NCBI GenBank assembly: GCA_963726195.1
Contig: CAVSBO010000018.1
Span: 32,001 to 96,000 of the forward strand
DNA from: Candidatus Thorarchaeota archaeon
GTDB lineage: Archaea > Asgardarchaeota > Thorarchaeia > Thorarchaeales > Thorarchaeaceae
Reading direction: 5' to 3'
Length of the DNA: 64,000 nucleotides
Part shown: piece after piece, positions 42,999 through 51,529 of the stretch
Position numbering within the stretch: position 1 is the stretch's first letter
Layout: the number at the start of each line of letters is the position of its first letter
The notes under the pieces: model-generated
The model's database searches: none
Told to the model about the DNA's origin: nothing
The model's input: the letters and a program-made list of their open reading frames with translations, nothing else
Position numbers and translations under genes: made by a program

Positions 42999-43328
42999 CT
43001 AGGATGTACTCTTAGACTTCTCTTCTAGGAAGGGTCTAATCTCTTTATAGAAGTCGGCAATGATTTTGTTCTTGGTGTCCTCCGTTTCCAAAATGAAGAG
43101 ACGAATCTGCTGACCGACCCTTATCTCCTTAACGAAGCCAATGTCAACGAGAGGCTGCATGACCCTGTGTATTGTCGAGTGAGCTAAGCCAGTGTCTTTG
43201 GCTATTCTGCTCAAGTTGAAGAACTCTTTCGGCCTGTCGAGAAAATGTTGAACCACTCTTGTCTGGGCGCGTGATGCGAAGATTCTCTCAAGCAGCTTGT
43301 GCAACTTCTTTGCCCTCCCTGGATTCAC
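42999..43328 (-). CDS. Winged helix-turn-helix regulator
   Basis: FNLSRIAKDTGLAHSTIHRVMQPLVDIGFV. Confidence 0.82.
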   Translation of the reverse strand: MNPGRAKKLHKLLERIFASRAQTRVVQHFLDRPKEFFNLSRIAKDTGLAHSTIHRVMQPLVDIGFVKEIRVGQQIRLFILETEDTKNKIIADFYKEIRPFLEEKSKSTS

Positions 43329-44020
43329 TACTTCGATGTGGGCACTATGGTGCTCCCGACCCTCTTGCCTTTGAAGAGTCGAAGAAGGTTATCGGGGTCT
43401 GTGCCGTCGAATATCACTGTCTCAATTTTAGAGCGTTCTACGACTCCGATTGCTACTGGATCAAACAGTTCGTATTCACCAGCCCGTGTTCCGCTTCCAG
43501 CGAGTATGGCCCGCAGCTGAGCAACACTGAGCGTATCCAGTTTCTTTGCGCCGGGTTGGCCGGGGTCACGGTCATAGACTCCATCAACGTTTGTAGCGTT
43601 CAGGAGTCTGTCAGCATGCACCAACTCTGCTGCAAGAGCTGCAGCAGCGTTTGTAGACTGCCCCGGAAGTAGCCCGCCCATCAGCACAACCCTGTCAAAA
43701 CAGTTTGCTGTCTCGAGTTCATCTAGGCTCTCGACAACCTTGGGGTACGCCGTGTCTCCTAGTGCGGCGATGAGTAATTCCGCATTGTGTCGGGCCATTT
43801 TGATTCCAAACCAATCGCATTGGGCTTCACTTGCGCCGAGCTCCCGGGCAGCGCTGATGAAGGCCCTTGCAGGCTTTCCACCGCCGATAACTATGATAAG
43901 TTGGTGACCGTCCTTTACGAGACTCTTCACTGCTCCGGCATATTTTTTGATTCTTTCAGTCAGTATGTTGCCTTTGTCATCATAAAGGAGTGAGCCTCCA
44001 ATCTTCAGGACTGTGCGCAT
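43328..44020 (-). CDS. pyrH: UMP kinase
   Basis: VLKIGGS, GGGKPAR, PGQSTN, TNVDGVYDRDP, AGEYELFD. Confidence 0.95.
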   Translation of the reverse strand: MRTVLKIGGSLLYDDKGNILTERIKKYAGAVKSLVKDGHQLIIVIGGGKPARAFISAARELGASEAQCDWFGIKMARHNAELLIAALGDTAYPKVVESLDELETANCFDRVVLMGGLLPGQSTNAAAALAAELVHADRLLNATNVDGVYDRDPGQPGAKKLDTLSVAQLRAILAGSGTRAGEYELFDPVAIGVVERSKIETVIFDGTDPDNLLRLFKGKRVGSTIVPTSK

Positions 44021-44301
44021 GGTGCGTCCCTACCGGGTAGTGCATTTCTGACTTCTTGGTGTCACCTAAAGAAGATTTCTTGAATGGAACGCTTGGCCGA
44101 TATTTCGACCGAACGCTTTTCATCGCTATTCAGGTCAGGCACCGGTTGACTTACCCGAAAATTGACAGAGATCTACTGTGTGACGGGCAAACTTGCTCGA
44201 TGGACAAGCGACGTTGCCCACAAGCCTTTTAGCACCACGGCAATCTGCGCCTTGAACGCGGTCCCAGTCAGGTCCCCACGCATGCCGAGAGGCTTGGTTC
44301 A

Positions 44302-46773
44302 ATGTCAAAGTTCACAGCGAGAATCGAATCTAACCGATGGACTCCTGCGGATGAGCAGGCCCTCTTGGAGACGTGGGGCCAAGAGAACATCTACGCTTTC
44401 GATTCCCACGCAAAGAATCTCTACTCAGTTGACACGCCGCCGCCATATCTCTCAGGGCACGTGCACATTGGTCAGCTTGTACACTATACGCAGATTGACA
44501 TCATCGCAAGATACCGACGCATGCAGGGCCTTGAGGTGAATTTTCCTCTGGGCATTGATCGCAACGGGCTTCCAGTTGAGCTCCGCGTGGAGAAGGAATT
44601 TGGCATGAACATGCGTACTACTCCACGGGAAGAATTCATTCGGAAATGCAAAGAGCAGCTCGACACGTACGAAGAAGAGGTGATCGAGAGCTTCAGGAGG
44701 CTGGGCATCGGTTTCAACACCTACAACGATGATGGAACATACAGAACTGACAGCCCAGAATACAGAGCTGTAACGCAAGCCACCTTCATCGATCTTTGGA
44801 ACCAAGGGCTCGTCTACAGCGACTACAGACCGAACAACTGGTGTCTGGACTGTGGCACGACCATCGCTGACGCAGAGGTGGAATACGAAGAACGTCAAAC
44901 GACTCTGTACTATCTCTATTTTCAAGTGGGTGGAATGGAGCCTATCAAGATTGCAACGACCCGGCCAGAGTTGCTTTGTGCATGCGGCGCAGTCTTCATA
45001 CATCCTGAAGACGAGCGATATCGCAAGTACGTAGGCAAGAAGGCAAGAGTGCCAGTCTTCGATATTGATGTTCCAATCATCGAAAGTGCAACTGCACAGG
45101 TTGAATTCGGTACGGGTGCGTTGATGGTCTGCAGCTATGGTGACATGGCTGATGTGATGGCCTTCCGCAACTTCGGATTGAAGCCCATTCCGGCGATTTC
45201 TCCTGAGGGCAAAATGACAGATTCGGCAGGCAAGTACGCAGGACTCAGTACGAGCGAAGCCAAGAAGAGGATAGTCGAAGACCTGCGAACGAAAGGAATC
45301 CTCTACAAAGAGGAGCAGATCAATCAGAGGGTGCCTATTTGCTGGAGAAGCAAGACTCCCATTGAATTCATTGCGATGGACGAGTACTACCTGCGCCAGA
45401 TTGAATTCACTGACGCATTGATGAGAATAGCTTTGGATATCAAGTTCTTCCCTGATTTCCATAGGCAGATTCTCATTGACTGGATTAACAGGGTCACCGC
45501 CGACTGGCCGGTGAGTAGGAGAAGGTTCTATGGAACGGAGATGCCAATCTGGTACTGCAATGCATGCGGACAGGCGGTCTTGCCCGAGCCCGGCGAGCTC
45601 AGATACTACCAGCCATGGCGAGAAGATCCACCATTCACCAAGTGTCCGAAATGTGGTGCCGAGAAAGGATTCAAGGGCGAAGAACGAACCTTTGACACTT
45701 GGATGGACTCTTCAATTTCCGGCCTGCAAATAATCGGATTCATGCGGGATGACGGTTTGTTCAGGAAAGGTTTTGGGAATGTAATCAGACCTCAAGGGAA
45801 GGACATAGTTCGAACATGGCTCTACTATTCGTTGCTTCGGACATATCAGCTGACAAAGAAGCCAGCCTTCAAGGAGGTATGGGTTTCAGGTCATGTGGTG
45901 GACGAGAAGGGCGAAAAGATGAGCAAGTCCAAGGGCAACTCCCCACCACCAAAGCCCATCATTGACAAGTACGGAGCAGATGCAATGCGTTTGTTTGGAG
46001 TACTGGAAGCTGGACTGGGCAGTGATGTCCGCTTTTCGGAGGACAGACTCGCTGGTGTATCCAAGTTCATGACCAAGTTATGGAACATAAGTCGCTTTGT
46101 TTCCATGTTCCCTATCCCAAGCAGGCTACAATTCTCAGACTTGGCTCCCGTGGATCAGTGGATTCTGGCTGAAACGAACAAAATGATTGAGGGAATTGCT
46201 TCGGACTGCGAGCTACTGGATTTTCACAAACCCGCGACTGATGTGAAGTCCTTTGCATGGAGACTTCTTGCAGACCATGTGGTGGAAATGCTGAAGGCCC
46301 GCTGTCTGAACACTGATGGCACCTTCACCACTGAGGAGCAGCAGTCTGGCTGGTATGCTCTACATGAGACTCTAAAGGTTGTGCTCAAGGCTCTAGCTCC
46401 TGTAACGCCATTCGTGACAGACAGGGTCTACCGGGAACTGTACAACAAGAAAGGAATTCATCGTGAACAGTTTCCGACTCCCAAGACAGAATGGCAGAGC
46501 CGGTTGACGAAAGACACGAACCTCGTCATTCAGACCGATGCGGCCCTTTGGAAATTCAAACGCGACAATGACTTGTCGCTACGGCAGGGAATTCCCGAAG
46601 CATGTATTCCTGGAAAGCTGAAGCCTTGGGCCAAGGATTTCAAAGCTATGCATGGAATAGAGACACTTCGGTTCACAAAGCCCAAGGGAGCAGGCTTCAT
46701 TCAAGTACCTATCCCGGAGACGGACGAAGTCATCTATGTCAAAGGGCCGCAAGTCTCGGCATCATCCAAGTGA
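44302..46773 (+). CDS. valS: Valine--tRNA ligase (archaeal type)
   Basis: DTPPPYLSGHVHIGQ (HIGH), ATTRPELL, DTWMDSS, RPQGKDIVRTW, KMSKS. Confidence 0.96.
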   Translation: MSKFTARIESNRWTPADEQALLETWGQENIYAFDSHAKNLYSVDTPPPYLSGHVHIGQLVHYTQIDIIARYRRMQGLEVNFPLGIDRNGLPVELRVEKEFGMNMRTTPREEFIRKCKEQLDTYEEEVIESFRRLGIGFNTYNDDGTYRTDSPEYRAVTQATFIDLWNQGLVYSDYRPNNWCLDCGTTIADAEVEYEERQTTLYYLYFQVGGMEPIKIATTRPELLCACGAVFIHPEDERYRKYVGKKARVPVFDIDVPIIESATAQVEFGTGALMVCSYGDMADVMAFRNFGLKPIPAISPEGKMTDSAGKYAGLSTSEAKKRIVEDLRTKGILYKEEQINQRVPICWRSKTPIEFIAMDEYYLRQIEFTDALMRIALDIKFFPDFHRQILIDWINRVTADWPVSRRRFYGTEMPIWYCNACGQAVLPEPGELRYYQPWREDPPFTKCPKCGAEKGFKGEERTFDTWMDSSISGLQIIGFMRDDGLFRKGFGNVIRPQGKDIVRTWLYYSLLRTYQLTKKPAFKEVWVSGHVVDEKGEKMSKSKGNSPPPKPIIDKYGADAMRLFGVLEAGLGSDVRFSEDRLAGVSKFMTKLWNISRFVSMFPIPSRLQFSDLAPVDQWILAETNKMIEGIASDCELLDFHKPATDVKSFAWRLLADHVVEMLKARCLNTDGTFTTEEQQSGWYALHETLKVVLKALAPVTPFVTDRVYRELYNKKGIHREQFPTPKTEWQSRLTKDTNLVIQTDAALWKFKRDNDLSLRQGIPEACIPGKLKPWAKDFKAMHGIETLRFTKPKGAGFIQVPIPETDEVIYVKGPQVSASSK

Positions 46774-46814
46774 GGATTAGCTCGCCTCACGTTCCTCTGC
46801 CTGTGTCTATTGAC

Positions 46815-47261
46815 CTACTTCACGGTCACAGTGTTTTCATGCACGACTGGGCATTTCATGCTATTCGACACCAAACAGTATTTGCCAGCTAGGTCGAGTG
46901 CGCGCTCCGCCTTCTCTTTGATGTCCTCGGAGCCCACTGTAACCTTGGTCTTCAACACGATCTTTGTGAACTCGTACCCCTTCTCGACTTTCTCAAGTGT
47001 GCCGAATCCCTGACATGAAAACGAGTTGAAATCGAAGCGGATCTTTTTCGAGAAAGTAATGAACGTCGTCATGAAACATGCTGAGGCTGCCGCAACGAAC
47101 ATATCTTCCGGGGTCAGTATTCCACCGGGGCCCTCAAATTCCGGAGGCGGTGCAATCTGTACCTTCGGCTTTCCCTGAATGACAAGGTCGCCTAGACGAT
47201 CGTGTTTCCAGTCTACCCTTACTTGGTACTCGTGCGTGTCTTGACTCAATGCCTTCGCCAT
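46815..47261 (-). CDS. OsmC/Ohr family protein
   Basis: PPEFEG, TPEDMFVAAASACF, KYCLVSNS. Confidence 0.9.
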   Translation of the reverse strand: MAKALSQDTHEYQVRVDWKHDRLGDLVIQGKPKVQIAPPPEFEGPGGILTPEDMFVAAASACFMTTFITFSKKIRFDFNSFSCQGFGTLEKVEKGYEFTKIVLKTKVTVGSEDIKEKAERALDLAGKYCLVSNSMKCPVVHENTVTVK

Positions 47262-47311
47262 TCATGGATTCTGACACCTAACGAAAAAGCGTTTGGGTGC
47301 GTATGAATGAG

Positions 47312-47743
47312 CTAGCCGACTACGACTGTATTCTCGTGTTCAGTTGGACACTTCATGCTATTAGACACGTAGCAGTACTTTGCACCCAGCTCGAGTGCTC
47401 TCTCAATCTTACTCCTAAGCTCTTCCGAATCTATGACAACTGTCGTTTTCATGTGGATTCCTGTAACCTCGTCACTCCTGTCCACTTTCTCTAGGGTGCC
47501 CTTGGCCTCAACTTCGAAAGACTTGAAGGCGACGTGCATCTTCTGTGTGAACACCACGAAAGAGTTCATGAAGCACACGGAGGCTGAGGCCACGAAGAGT
47601 TCCTCCGGTGAGTGAAACTCAGTTCCTCCGGACTCGGGAGAGTGCCCGGTCCTTATCACCGGCCTATCGGCGACCAGCACATCGCCGGATTTCTCTCCAG
47701 TCCAGACAACCTTCACGTGATACTCATGAGTGTCTTCGCTCAT
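47312..47743 (-). CDS. OsmC/Ohr family protein (tandem paralog)
   Basis: SPEELFVASASVCF, KYCYVSNS. Confidence 0.9.
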   Translation of the reverse strand: MSEDTHEYHVKVVWTGEKSGDVLVADRPVIRTGHSPESGGTEFHSPEELFVASASVCFMNSFVVFTQKMHVAFKSFEVEAKGTLEKVDRSDEVTGIHMKTTVVIDSEELRSKIERALELGAKYCYVSNSMKCPTEHENTVVVG

Positions 47744-48181
47744 TGGATTGACCAGCTTGAGTCTGAGTCTTCTAGCGAATAAGGTTTAGGCAGGAGTTGA
47801 GCTTGGACCCTATGGACATAGTGTCTGAGGCCTTGTTGCCTTAGACCAGAAGAAATGGAGTACGCTTCTCTGGTTCGAAGAAGCAATCATCAGCAACTGA
47901 ACTGGGCTCCTTAGGTCACTCGATGCGTTCGCTAGGAACGCGCCTAGCTCGGAAAAGGATACTGGCAGACGGAGACTTGAAGGGATGTTGGGCTGGTCCA
48001 GACACAGGGTTCACTCCAAGCCTTTTCTACGTGACCTCAGCGAGTCAGCCCAGAAAGTAGCGGGCACTAGCACACTGTAGACCGAGCCGGATTATGCAGG
48101 GAAGAACTGCGCTAGACGTTTGGGCGGCATGACTGGAAGCGCCTTTATTAGGATTGGGCGCTACCTGCCAGTTAATGGTGC

Positions 48182-48895
48182 GTGCACGTGACGGACAGGG
48201 GTAGTAGAAATACACTGCAGCTTCCGTTTGCTGCATTCGTACTCAGCATGATGGTTGTGGTACCAGTATTCGGCATAGTCGACTGCCGAAGCCTTGAATG
48301 GGGTGTTCTAGCAGGGACCCGGATCGATTATACGAGGGCTGGATACTCGGAAACAGGTAGTATTGCGTGGGACTTCTATATGGTCGTTACTTCGGTCCCA
48401 ACTGTCCCTGACTACATCCTTGATTGGACAGGACTGGGCACGCCAGAAGTGCACTTCTTCTGGCTCAATGGCACAGAAATGTGGCCCGAGTACCTGAGCT
48501 ATTACAGCGCTCCTGGCCCGGTCCTGCCAGTCGGCAACTGGACGCTTATGGCGGACTTCGTCAACAGTGGATTCACTGTCAACGTGACTGAGTCGTACAA
48601 CTACTGGGGATACTCATACACGCACCGATACGGCTCTTACGAGACTCGGGACCATGCTGACTTCTTGAAGAGAGACGGCGTACTCGCTCACCTTAATCTC
48701 GAGATTTGGAACACGAGCTCTAATATGAAACTCACAGAATCATCGACAACAAGAGCGGGTTTGCCCATTGACCTTCCCCTTCCTCCAATCATCCTTGATA
48801 ACCTCGTCTACATTGGAGCAAGTGCCGCTGTTCTTCTAGTTGTCATCGTAGCCCTGAGAAGTCGTCGAGGGGTCAGGCTTTCAACTGAATTTTAA
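48182..48895 (+). CDS. Surface (glyco)protein with signal peptide and C-terminal TM anchor
   Basis: Hydrophobic N-terminus, N-X-S/T sites, PVLPVGNWT, terminal TM plus basic tail. Confidence 0.72.
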   Translation: MHVTDRGSRNTLQLPFAAFVLSMMVVVPVFGIVDCRSLEWGVLAGTRIDYTRAGYSETGSIAWDFYMVVTSVPTVPDYILDWTGLGTPEVHFFWLNGTEMWPEYLSYYSAPGPVLPVGNWTLMADFVNSGFTVNVTESYNYWGYSYTHRYGSYETRDHADFLKRDGVLAHLNLEIWNTSSNMKLTESSTTRAGLPIDLPLPPIILDNLVYIGASAAVLLVVIVALRSRRGVRLSTEF

Positions 48896-49052
48896 TGATA
48901 TTCCACGCGTGAAAACCTACTCACGGCAGTATCAGGAATTGTCGACTCCCAAGGTTTCTGAGTGGTGTGGATTCGCTGGAAGATAATTCGACTGCACAAG
49001 GGATGGCTACCGGAAGGAGGCAATCACCCTAAGCACAGCAAGAAAACGCGGA

Positions 49053-49127
49053 TGGTGGACCAGGCGAGAATCGGACTCGCGACCTTCTGAATGCGAATCA
49101 GACATTCTACCACTGAACTACTGGCCC
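49053..49127 (-). tRNA. tRNA-Ala(CGC)
   Basis: Reverse complement GGGCCAG/CTGGTCC with G3:U70, anticodon arm TCTGA-TTCGCAT-TCAGA, T arm GCGAG-TCCGATT-CTCGC, CCA. Confidence 0.95.
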
Positions 49128-49188
49128 ACTTGTTACGGACTGGCCGTTACTCGGTGACCGATGGCTGGCATCTTAAAACCTTGTCTGA

Positions 49189-49482
49189 TTAGATTTCTAT
49201 CCCAAAGGCTTCAGAGAAGTGCTCCACCCTCGCGAACTCTTTCAGGAACTCATGCCCCTTCTCTGTTAGCAGATAAGTCCGGTTGTTCTCGTTGTCATCA
49301 GTCGGTTTGATCAGTTCCTTCTGTACCAGCTCATCCAGATACTGTGTAAGTCTGTCGTGTGACAGGTTAGCAATGTAGAGAATCTTTGTCGGGCCTGCTC
49401 CGTTATCACCTTCGTCCTGTATGGCGCGCATCATGTCAGTGAGGATGCGCATCTTGGAACGATAGGTCTTCTTCGATTTCAT
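49189..49482 (-). CDS. Archaeal winged-helix regulator (ArnR1/HTH_45-like)
   Basis: YRSKMRILTDM, PTKILYIANLS, YLDELVQKELI, YLLTEKG. Confidence 0.85.
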   Translation of the reverse strand: MKSKKTYRSKMRILTDMMRAIQDEGDNGAGPTKILYIANLSHDRLTQYLDELVQKELIKPTDDNENNRTYLLTEKGHEFLKEFARVEHFSEAFGIEI

Positions 49483-50099
49483 GTCTCCCGGCCCGCCCTA
49501 ATCAGCATGACCAGGAGCGCAATGAACCCTAGGAACTGAAACACCTGACTCAACACATATCCTCTTTCAGCGTATACGGCTGAAATATGGCTTAGCAAGA
49601 GCAGACAGAAGCCCACCAATACGTAGAGCGCATAGCGGCTTCTTACTGCGAGGTAATTCATTGCTGACTGCAGCACGACCACCACGAGTATTATTATAGC
49701 AACCACGTCCAGTCTTGGGTCGATGAGTATCGGCAGAGCCATGAAGAGGCCTAAGGTTGACGAATGGCCACCGCCTGTGGGTCGGGTGGAGATTGCAAAT
49801 AGAATGTAGGCCATAATCTTCATTGTGCCGTACGCTATCCTAACTACTGCAAAGAGAGTGTTCCCCTCGAAGGAGCTTACATCCCCTCCCTGCAGTACGA
49901 AGAAGTACCACGTTCCAATGACATGCCCAAACATGGCTGCTGAGAGAACAAGGAATCCGGTGGAAAGGTCTGAAAGCTTCTTCTGGCTAGTCAGTCTGAA
50001 TGCCTTGTTCGCATAGTGGCTCACAGCTAGAGCAATGAAGCCAGCGATAGATTCCAGCAGAAGGTCCAATCTTATTGGTGCAAGCGCAAGGTTCTGCAT
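49479..50099 (-). CDS. 7-TM membrane protein
   Basis: About seven hydrophobic helices. ATGA overlap with the wHTH gene. Confidence 0.75.
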   Translation of the reverse strand: MQNLALAPIRLDLLLESIAGFIALAVSHYANKAFRLTSQKKLSDLSTGFLVLSAAMFGHVIGTWYFFVLQGGDVSSFEGNTLFAVVRIAYGTMKIMAYILFAISTRPTGGGHSSTLGLFMALPILIDPRLDVVAIIILVVVVLQSAMNYLAVRSRYALYVLVGFCLLLLSHISAVYAERGYVLSQVFQFLGFIALLVMLIRAGRET

Positions 50100-50144
50100 G
50101 GATCATCGCCTCTTCTGGGTTCGTGCTCTCTGGTCTTATCGTCA

Positions 50145-50840
50145 TTGTATGAATCATCTAGTCTTTTTGTCCAAATCGGTGACGGAGCAAGTCAGCTCAG
50201 GATGCATCTAGCACACTGTACGAATCGTCCAGAGGCTTCCTTCATCGACCCTTTATATATGCCAAGCAGTGTAATCATTGTGTTCCACATGACGCACGCC
50301 AAGGAAGTAGTCATCGCAGCATCGGTTGCGGTCTTCGTCTTACTCTTAGTTTTGCCATCTTTGGCTGTCCCGGCGGACGCCGCCGCAGTGCTTGACAGAC
50401 CTCAGACTGCAGCAGTGCAGGCTGGAACCGTCCTTCAGGTCGATGCACGCGGAGAAGGAAGCGCTAATGCCAGCGGTGGAATTGTGCGTGCACTAACTTC
50501 CATGAGCTTGGTCTTCGAGCTGAGCGAGAGGGGTCCTCGTGGCGCTTCGTTCAGAGTGATGTCTGGATCTTTTGCACTCAATTCAACAGACTTTGTTATC
50601 ACTGGAGGAACGGGAGTTGCTGGTCGCCCTGAGATGGGCAGGTTAAATGGTACTATTGTCTTCCTGTTCCATTTCAATATGACCGGACCAAATGATACTA
50701 TCACCGAGGTCGCTCTTCTCGGTATTGTGTTGAGACCTCAAGGGCGTGCCCCAGTCTTGGCGATGAGAGTGACGATGTCAATTGACGGCCTGAGCTGGCT
50801 TGTGAGACAGAGTGGCCGTATCCATATCGTGAGCAAATGA
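50145..50840 (+). CDS. Secreted beta-rich hypothetical protein (likely start MTHAKE ~50289)
   Basis: Signal-peptide-like segment followed by a beta-strand pattern. Confidence 0.6.
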   Translation: MYESSSLFVQIGDGASQLRMHLAHCTNRPEASFIDPLYMPSSVIIVFHMTHAKEVVIAASVAVFVLLLVLPSLAVPADAAAVLDRPQTAAVQAGTVLQVDARGEGSANASGGIVRALTSMSLVFELSERGPRGASFRVMSGSFALNSTDFVITGGTGVAGRPEMGRLNGTIVFLFHFNMTGPNDTITEVALLGIVLRPQGRAPVLAMRVTMSIDGLSWLVRQSGRIHIVSK

Positions 50841-50992
50841 TGGAAGAGACCGAGAACTGCAGGCAGCTGATATTGAGAATAATATCTCTGCCAGAGTGGC
50901 GGGGTCCAACCCGCCCTTCCATCACCTTTTATTGGTCGTTCACGGTGGACAAAGCACGTGGCTCGGCGAGTCCAAGGAGATGATCAGTTAAG

Positions 50993-51439
50993 TTGGACAA
51001 ATGCTCAGTTTGTGGGAAACCGATTCCTCCCCTTGCAGCCCAGAGACTGAGACAGGCTCTCGGTGACAAACCACTGATGTGTCGACGGTGCATGGCGATG
51101 AAGATTCGGTCAGGGCAGGAATCCGTTCTCGTCTGCAAAAGCTGCGGCGCGTCCATCGAACCCAATATCGCCCAAAGGATACTTGCAGCAAGGCGAAGAG
51201 GAATAGCTGCACCGCTGCTTTGTAAGAACTGCTACCTACGTCGCAGACAACGCACGACGATGCCTGAAGTGCCTACTCCAGATGCAGCAGCCGTCAGTGT
51301 CAGTGAATGGGCCTGTATGAAGTGCGGAGCAGCGCTTGAGCCTGAAGAGGTCGACCAGATTAGGCACGGGAAGACGGTTGAGTGCGTTTACTGTGGAAGT
51401 GCCATAACTCTGGATCTCTTTAGGCGAGGGCAGAAGTGA
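50993..51439 (+). CDS. Triple zinc-ribbon protein
   Basis: Six CxxC motifs (CSVC, CRRC, CKSC, CKNC, CMKC, CVYC). Confidence 0.75.
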   Translation: MDKCSVCGKPIPPLAAQRLRQALGDKPLMCRRCMAMKIRSGQESVLVCKSCGASIEPNIAQRILAARRRGIAAPLLCKNCYLRRRQRTTMPEVPTPDAAAVSVSEWACMKCGAALEPEEVDQIRHGKTVECVYCGSAITLDLFRRGQK

Positions 51440-51529
51440 ATCTGCTTTGGCGTTTAGGTCTGCATGACATCATGTACCGTGCAGAAACAATGCCTTGGCG
51501 AAAAGAGCACCAGCAGCCTAGGAGGTCCT

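Noticed and set aside
25352-45462. Long antisense/shadow ORFs (e.g. 25352-26311, 44452-45462, also 60705-61742)
   Set aside because: They lie opposite well-supported genes and have no motifs. Codon-bias shadows.
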